From Podarcis filfolensis (lineage: Eukaryota), in NCBI GenBank assembly GCA_964270895.1, contig OZ185439.1: a stretch of DNA of 64,000 bases; one strand, 5' to 3'. Below are positions 55,741 to 64,000 of the stretch, one piece after another. The translations under genes were made by a program, and so were the position numbers. Each line of letters starts with the position of its first letter. Position 1 is the stretch's first letter. The notes under the pieces are model-generated. The model was not told the DNA's origin. It did no database searches and worked only from the letters and a program-made list of their open reading frames with translations.

Positions 55741-57234
55741 ATCATGCTGATCTAGCCTGCATGCATATGAGCCTAGCACTCATAATCTTACCCATGTATT
55801 GGCAGCATGCACAGATGAAATTACTTTTCTTGGAGATGCAAAGAAAGCTTGGGTTGAGTGAATGTTGATCAGCTGTCAGATTGAGAGATCTCCCTTAGCC
55901 AGCCTGTTTTTCCTTGGACCTTTGCTTTTCCTTACTCTAGCTCCTCTGTCAGTTGTTCCTTTACATAATATTGCCGCTGCTTGGTATTATCACTTGATCA
56001 ACTCACTGTACAATTGCCACAGCTTTACCTACATCACTACAAGTGTCTGAAACTAAGGTGTGTGAGGACTAAAGAAAATCCTCCTAGCCATGTGGTGAGC
56101 ATCTCCATACAAACGGCTTACTTACCATGTGCCAGTAAACCAGCTACCTCTTATGATTTAGCATAGTTCAAGTGACACCAATCATGTGAATAATGAGCCT
56201 GAGTCTGGCACCCGTCCTGAGTTTCTGCTAGTCTTCATTGGTGTGTCTTTAGACATGGCAGCAGGCAACAAAAAAACCCCGTGAGGTTCATTGAGCTCTT
56301 GGTGGGCTGCCCCCCATGTTTGGAAGCAGCTCCCCTAAGCTTGCTGCTGCTCCATGCTTCACTATTGCATCTCTTAACCTTAAGCACTTGTTATGCATTG
56401 CACTTGTGAATAAGGTAAATTAGCAGAAAGGTAAAAATAAATAAATCTGTATGTGAATATGTTTTATTCTAAAGTGAAATTTAAAGATAGTGTCTGCAAA
56501 TGGCACACAAATGAAAAATAGTTTTGACACAAAACTGGTATGTGTGTGGTTAGGGATCCACCACAACTTTGCTGGTTGCTAAAATAGGATTAGAACATAC
56601 TAAGAGATACGCTGCTTTAGTTCCAAAGGCAGAATTTAACTCAGTGTTGTGTGATAACTTATTTTGTGCTACTGTTTTAATAATCATACAAAGATTAACT
56701 TTAGCGGTTGACAAACATACCTGTAACTTTCCATAAAAACTATGGTAAGCTATTAGGACCAAACCACAGAGACCCTGTTTAAAAGAAAAATCTACTTAAA
56801 ATAAACACATCTTGATTTATTTTTTGAAAATGATCATTTTGGAACGTAATAATTACAATGGCCGCACTGCATTTTGGATATGATGGACAAGTTGAGACAC
56901 AGCACTGGCTCCCTTTTAACTTTGGTTAAGAAATGGCAAGCCAGCTTTGGGAAAGTACTCTCCTCCCTCCCACCTCCCTACCTTTCTCTGGATCAAATTG
57001 CCCTCTCCTGCCTTAAGAGAAATTTCAACACTGTTGTGTACTGGCCCAATCTCATTTCAGATGCAAATAATCCACTTCCAGAAGGGTAATCCATGTTAGT
57101 CACTCATAGCAAAAACAACAAAGAGTTTTAGCAACTTAAAGACAAATTTATTGTAGCATGAACTATACATTAATTGCAATAAGGGATCCAAAAGCAGGAA
57201 TAATATGTTGTTTTTGTTTCAATTTTGCTCCCAG

Positions 57235-57261
57235 TTCCAATTGCCTGATCAAAGAACTTGG
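57235..57261 (+). CDS. MECOM: MECOM 27-nt alternative microexon FQLPDQRTW (the Rp9 variant)
   Basis: ttttgctcccag|TTC CAA TTG CCT GAT CAA AGA ACT TGG|gtaagt, phase 0/0; the peptide matches the human 9-aa insert as recalled. Confidence 0.93.
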
Positions 57262-60155
57262 GTAAGTTCATTATTTATATTTTCAATTTAAACACTGTAG
57301 AAGAAATTGCATAAGAAACGTGACATGAAAACTCATTTACTTCACTGCAACCCTGCAAGTCTTTTCCTGCTAATTATTTTAGCTCTCCTAAATCACACTT
57401 GTGTCTTATTCTACTTTTCATCAAATGCTAGTCTTTACTCCATTACACGTTCTAATGAATGGGAGTCTGCTACAAAGGACTGTATGTGCAACCGTTTCAA
57501 AGAATTGTATTAAGATTTCTAGAGGCATAAAATTGTTGTGCCAGTGACTGATCCAAAGCTCTGAGCTTACAGCAGCACAATTGCACACATAAAGCATTTT
57601 ATTGTGCTAGTGTGGGCTTTGTATGCCATCTACTATAGATCAGAAGCCACCATATTGGGGAGTTTAGATGACATCCCTCACAGATAACAGCGCTCCCCTA
57701 ACATGTACAAGCAATACATGCATGTGTCAGTACATGCATAAAGCAGAACAAGCAAAACACAGATGTGTGTTTGTGGCTGCCATAGCTAGGAAGTACCAAG
57801 CTAGGTTGTGCAACCCTGTCATCCACTCACACATTTTTTGAACATGTGATGGGGGATCTCTCTGAGCACCCACCTTTGAAACAATCTTTTGCAGATGAAT
57901 CAATGTAAAGGAATATTATATAGTCAATATTTAAGTATATTTCCCACCCACCCCAGGGAAACCCTATCGCTCAATCAGAGCAAACATCAATTGGGTTTTC
58001 TATGGATTTATGTTTGCCCCAATTTAAAGCTAAAGAGCAGGTTTTCCCTGGGAAAGGAGCAGGGCAAGTGAGAAAATCTTTTGGACCTGTGCTCCCTGGA
58101 CATGGAACAAGCGGAAGTGTGGATGAGCCTACAGTTGGTTTGGACAAAAATGAGAAGCTCAACTGCTTCTTGTGGCACTTCATCAGTTCACCTCAGTACT
58201 CTGCACATGACCATTACAATTTACTTCTCTCTTTGTTTTTATTTTGTTCATGGTTAGTAGCAGTACTTTGTACAGCTCCATTTTTTAATTGTGAGCCCTG
58301 AACCTGGGGGATGAGAACTATTGATTGATTGGACAGTTTATTAATATTTTCTTGGCGCTGTGCAAAAATTATGAAATGGTGGACTAGCATCCACCGGACA
58401 CAAAACAAAAGTGAAAGAAACAAGGAGGGCAAGCAGATTCAAGTACCAGTTCTTCATAAATTATATTATATTCTTCATAAATGTTATGATGATGACCAGG
58501 TGGATTGTCTGCTGATGGAGGCATTTCTGAGAAAGGGCAAACTACACTGCAGTTGTTCCCACCCAAGCCAATGGAGTAGGCCTTGGAGTCTCACCTCTCC
58601 CACTGATGCAGCCAGATAGATTTAGCTTGTGCATCATGATGAGCATATAATTTTATTCCCAATAATTATAGCCAGTCACATCCATAAATGTTTTCAGGTC
58701 AGACTTGCTCCTTTTAAGAACAGCAAGGGAGTTCAGGTTCAAATGAAGACCACAGATCCATGTTTTTAAAACCAGGTCTGCTCTGAGAAATGAGAGATGG
58801 GTGTGAGGGGTCTCATTTAATGAGCAAAATGGATATATAGCTGAGGAGTGCAGACCTTCCCTGCTACACATCTTTTCTGCAGTCTGTCTCACAACGTCAC
58901 TTTTCTGGCTCGAGTACCAAAATTGAGATCAGATTAGAGAAAGGCACTTGGGGAGAAGGGCTACAGGAAAATAAGTGATGGGAAGGTTTCGTATTTCAAG
59001 AATACGAACGTCTTCAACCCAGTTTGTTTGTTCCACTTTAACCCCGCTGTCACTTGTAGGTTTAAGGCAGTTTACAATATTTTAACATTTTCCCTCCCCT
59101 GCTGTATCCCACTCCTTTCTCACTGGCAGATTTGAGAAAGAGATGAAGAATGAAATTCCCAACCAAATGATCTCTCCCCTGTTTTCCTTTCTCCCATTCA
59201 CATGAACAAATCCATATAATTCTTCTTGAGGGTCGCTAAAATAGACCCAAAATAAAATGTATTGGCAATGACAATGAAAAGATGCTGATATGGTCTAGAT
59301 TTTTCATATTTCTTAAAAATGCACTAATTAACATAGAAAATGAACATCTGTATCATTTTTCATTTCCCATGAATTATGATGGCCAGCCATTTTGTGAAGC
59401 AAGCCTTCAGTGGCCTAATTTATGAAATGCTAGGGTCATGTAATCCTCTGATTTCAAGGTACTAAGCCATTATTTATTTTTAACAGACTATTTGCCCTAT
59501 ATATCTGTTACTGTTTTTCTGTTCCTAGCTAATAAACTTTGACATAAAGGACCAAGGCCATGTTTGATGGTATCAAACCCATCTGAGATGCTTATAAATA
59601 CCGTCTCCCCTCTAGTTATGGCCATGTCTACATTTTTGGGCCTGAACTGGGAGAGCATGCAGGTTTGCGTCACCCAACAGTTTATAGCCTCTCTGGGACT
59701 AAAAGGGAGGTACGGGATACAAGCAGCTTCCTTTTCTAAACTTCTGAATGCAGATAGAATCAGCTATTTACGTATGTAAATCAAAATTGGTATGCTGTAT
59801 AGCATTAAAATATGCTGGGGTTTTATATTTTTTTAAAAAACATACTTAGCCCAGATTAAGAGCATGCATTGCTTAACCATAAGGAGCCTGTGTATGAGAG
59901 AGAAAACAAAGAACTCTCTTGCCACCCCCTAGCTCTAGGAATGTCTCTGTAGACATATAAAATCTAATCGTTGCCCTGAATTTTTTCTTCTCTTAATATG
60001 AGGTAACATGATGTTGGTTTTGGATAAGGAATATTGTCTCCCTCGGTGAGGAAATATTTCAGCGCCAGACATCTGTTCCATCCATGTGAATATTGGGGCA
60101 GAAAGGGATGAATAGGGGCACTATTTCTTTAATCACTCTCCTTAAACCCTTATAC

Positions 60156-60301
60156 CAGGCTTCTTCAACCTCGACCCTCCAGATGTTTTTGGCTTACAAC
60201 TCCCATGATTCCTAGCTAGCAGGACCAGTGGTCAGGGATGCTGGGAATTGTAGTCTCAAATTGTAGTCTCAAAAACATCCGGAGGTTGTTGAGGAAGCCT
60301 G
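60156..60301. mobile_element. hAT-superfamily MITE, 146 bp
   Basis: Termini caggcttcttcaac / gttgaggaagcctg; perfect 8-bp TSD ccttatac. Confidence 0.92.
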
Positions 60302-61067
60302 CCTTATACCTTGCTGCCTAGAAGAGAGCTGTTCCTTCAACAGTGAATCAGCTCAGGCTGGGAGGCTCCATTGCTTCATGGCTCTCAGTCAGCCTGTCCC
60401 CCTCCTCCCAAATAGCCTCATGTACTAGTGATAACTCTGAAGATCCTGCCTGACTCTCCATATTCTCTGTTCCTGTGGTCCCAGGGGAGATTTGGGGGTT
60501 TTTTTGGGGGGGTGCATATGTGTCTGTGTACCAGCAGGAACTCAGGCAACTGAAGTGGGCAGTGGTAGCTGGTAACATTTTGACTTAGCAGGGCTGCCAT
60601 TTTTAACCATGCTGTTTTCATCATAAGATGACTTGTATGGCACTTATTTAGGAAAGTGTGCCATTATACTTGTGCAGAGTGATATTGTCTCCTCCTCTAA
60701 AAAATAAAACAAAACTCTGCACATCTATGAGCAGGGAAAGAGTTTCCATGTAAGAGGAGGAAAAGAATGACTCCATACCGCCTATGTAGAAATTAAGCCT
60801 ATGTTCTATATAATATGACATAAAATTTTGAGTACATGAATACAAGTTCTTTGCCAAAAAACTAAAAATACTTTAAAAATGTGATGGAAATTTGCTTCCA
60901 GTTTCATGCAGCCCCACCCCCACAAAAAATCAGTTTAACTATTCATTATCCAAAAGACTCTTTTCTCTAAATTAAAAGAACAAGCTATAAAAACAGCTCC
61001 TCAAAGGAGGAAACACTCACTGTTTCTCTGGCCTAATGGTCTGTCTATTCCCATACTATTTCCAACA

Positions 61068-61190
61068 GTGGCCAGCCAGATGCTACTTGGGAAGTCCCTG
61101 TTTCATACCTGCTAAGTCCTTGTTTGGTGTCCCCAGCTTGACAATCAGATGTACTACATCTGAATATCGATTTTCCATCTCCTGTGGCTA
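61068..61190 (-). mobile_element. Old CR1-type LINE 3' fragment
   Basis: ctggcctaatggtctgtctattccc...tttccaacagtggccagccagatgc...gggaagtccc. Confidence 0.5.
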
Positions 61191-61728
61191 AAATATCTTC
61201 TTGACTGAACTGTCCTCCTTTAATTCTGCAAAGAGTTAACTATGCTATTGCCCATTACAACACAGAATGACACTGAACTCCATATATTTATTGTGCTGGT
61301 TTAAAAAAAAAATATTAAAAAAATACTGCCTTAAAAGTTATGAAGCAATTATTTCCTTTTGTAGTTCCTGTTCATGTTTTGAGATAATTTCTCTAAGTTT
61401 ACATTTCTTAGTGTTCACAGTCTGATATCATTGATCCTGCAGCTTCCTACACCAAAAGGTTCAAATATTTCGCTCAGTGGTAGAGCACATGCATGAAAAT
61501 TCTTGCTATAAAGGATTTTCAGTAACTGGGTAGGAAACCACCCCTGCCAGAATTCCTGTGATTCATTTGAGTCAGTGTTGACTGGGAGTATAATCCTTTG
61601 TCCTGCTATTCACACCTGAGCTCCGCCCTGGAATTTGCGATGTAATAGCATGTATGCATTTATGAATTAATGAATGAATACGTACATATATAAAGCTTTT
61701 GCAGAATGCTTTTCTTATGCCACTATGT

Positions 61729-61864
61729 CAGGGTTTCCCAAACTTGGGTCTCCAGCTGTTTTTGGACTACAATTCCCACCATTGCTGACCACTGGTCCTG
61801 CTAGCTAGGGATGATGGGAGTTGTAGTCCAAAAACAGCTAGAGACCCAAGTTTGAAAAACCCTG
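61729..61864. mobile_element. hAT-superfamily MITE, 136 bp (same family as 60156, opposite orientation)
   Basis: ~44-bp inverted arms cagggtttcccaaacttgggtctccagctgtttttggactacaa / ttgtagtccaaaaacagctagagacccaagtttgaaaaaccctg; perfect 8-bp TSD cactatgt. Confidence 0.93.
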
Positions 61865-61934
61865 CACTATGTCATCACTACTTTCACATATCTCAGAATA
61901 GCAAACCAGGGCTTCCTTCTTTTGACAGTTGGAG

Positions 61935-62186
61935 CAATGCAGTAGAGAAAAGTATAACCTATGAGCCAGGAATCCTTCAAGCACAAATGTTGCCTCAGCC
62001 ATGGACTCACTAGCTAGCCCAAGGAAAGTCACTGTCTTCTAGCTTCAACCACCATCTGCGACATGAGAATAATGCTACTGGCCCACTGTACTTTAATGGT
62101 TACTGAGATGATGTATGTGAAGCACTATGAATGCTAACAAAAAGTGCTATGTAAATGCAGAATAGTAGTAGTAGTAGCAGTAATAG
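61935..62186 (+). mobile_element. Ancient MIR/CORE-like SINE remnant
   Basis: cctcagccatggactcact...atgtatgtgaagcac...aagtgctatgtaaatgc plus a (tag)n tail. Confidence 0.45.
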
Positions 62187-64000
62187 TGTTCCAGGTCAGA
62201 GGGAGCGATCCCTGGGCTTGACCTGAACAACTTGCCCTTCTATTTTTGGAAACTAAGCACGGACCATTCACATTCTGATGGTCTGCGTTTTTGTTAGCAG
62301 CCATTGTTATATAGCTATGACATTCTTGTAGAGTTTCCTTCCCCTTCAACTGCTGATATGTCCTCTAGACCCGAGTTCTGCCTCAGCAACCTTTCCTTGG
62401 TTTTCTTTGTCTGGGAACATCTGTTCAGATGGGGAAACAATGACCTTTTGCCTCGGCTGAGGCAAAGAGCTACCCTAGCAGGCACTAAGAAGATTAAAGG
62501 AAGGCTGCACTGATAGCTTTCATGCTGCTCCAGTGGTTCTCAGCAGTGAGAGGAGAGAATACAAATGGGCAAAAGGGCTGTAGGCAAGCAGAAGAAAGAA
62601 GCTGGTAATCTCCTCCACCCTTGTCACTTCACTTTTATTCCCAGTTTATTTCAGGTCTATTTCAAAAATAAAGGGGAATGCAACTGATTTCAAGCATGCC
62701 CCGTAAGGAAGAACGAAGCATTATGTTACATATGGGGATGCTGTTAAAATGAGTTTGATTCTTGCCCTTTAACATCCAGTACAACTTACTCTGAATCCTG
62801 ATGTAATAACTTAACATGTTTCACCACCTCTGCCAGTGGCAGCCAGTTAGGTAAGGAAACACCCAGCATCATGTCAAGATGGGGGAAAGTGAGATAGATG
62901 CTACCAGGTTGGAAAGAGACTCAACGTAGGGCTGCCATTTTTAGTGGCAGCATCACCTTCCTTATAAGTTTTAGTTCCCCCTTTAGCTTTATGTCCTCTT
63001 TCAGATGCTGCTGCTGTGCTGAATGACCCTGGAATATTTTTGCAATTGCACACTTTAATTCTGTTTGGATTAATCTGGTATAAACATCACTCACTAATTA
63101 TGTTCTTCACGAATTGCTCAGAATGATTTGTTCATCTTATGTTGTCCTACTGTATGTAAGCCCTGTTTGGGCTGGTTTTCAAGGCAGAGGATTAAGCTGG
63201 CTGTTTCATGTTGATTAAATTTTATTATGCCAATTCCCATACGATCTGTGTTCCTCAACAGGCAGCCTATGGGCACATCAGGCTCACCAACTGGCCCCTC
63301 AAGTCGATTGCAATCATAACTTTTTCTTTTGCTAATGCTGGTTGTACCTTAAAGAATGCCACTCCCATAGGTTTTCCTGAGCCCTTAGTTTAGCTGGCTG
63401 TGTTCCATGTTTTAATTCAGGAATGCCCTATATCGAATAAAGTGACTTACTCTCAGATTGCCCCTAGAGAACTAAATCTGTTTCTAAAACATAATAATAA
63501 ATTCAGGCACTTTGGAGAATTTATTTATCTATGGCCCATTATTCACATAGGTGAGGAGTGTGAGAGTGTGGGGCTTGGCCTTCTCCATCATGTCACCAAC
63601 ATTATGGTGAAGTGTGTCAGGTTTCCTCTCTATTGATTCTACGTCACCAGGTGAAAACTTAGCTTTTCCAGAATACTTTTCCTGAGGTCTATTTTAATGT
63701 TATAAACATTTGTATTATTGGTTAACTATAGGATTCTTAGTTGGCTGTTTTTATTGTGGGATGTATATTTTTAGCTTTGCAGTAAGCAGCTACAAGTGCT
63801 GTGTAAATAGAAGAGAATGCAGCAAAGAAGTATTTGAATATATACCTAAGTAAGCAGGAAGTGATGCAACCAGGAATGGCTGCACTAGCAGCCATTGGAA
63901 GCAACATAAGCATGTGACTGGTGATAGGATCCTGGAGTTGGGGGGACTGGCAAGCCTCATAAAACTGCCATATATTGTCTGTGCAGTCGCTACAAGTCAG

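Noticed and set aside
55194-55868. Cluster of 70-155-aa ORFs on both strands
   Set aside because: They coincide with the GC-rich hAT MITE; no transposase or other motifs.
57262-64000. Next MECOM exon (MSAIENMAEK...)
   Set aside because: No matching sequence seen by eye; it probably lies beyond the window end.

Overview
Vertebrate genomic DNA, most likely a squamate reptile (Sauria-type SINEs, L2/CR1/BovB LINE pieces and lizard-type MITEs; probably a lacertid). The whole window lies inside MECOM (MDS1/EVI1, PRDM3) on the + strand. It opens with the CpG-island EVI1 promoter (~1-2.7 kb), which holds a cluster of strong orphan splice donors. Eight phase-compatible GT-AG exons follow: 5280-5414, 29495-29597 (EVI1 start ATG at 29549), 29729-29945, 32481-32628, 34688-34841 (NAGNAG acceptor), 44704-46066 (large exon with the CtBP motifs PFDLT/PLDLS and two N runs), 48573-48660, and a 27-nt microexon FQLPDQRTW at 57235-57261. 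The MDS1 5' exons and the C-terminal zinc-finger exons lie outside the window. Introns hold many transposon relics, several with readable TIRs and target-site duplications. The most unusual non-genic structure is a 783-bp TA-flanked pogo/Tigger-like MITE (22839-23621) built almost entirely of stacked GC-rich hairpins. I found no new protein-coding system. Human MECOM comparisons are recalled from memory, not from an alignment run here.
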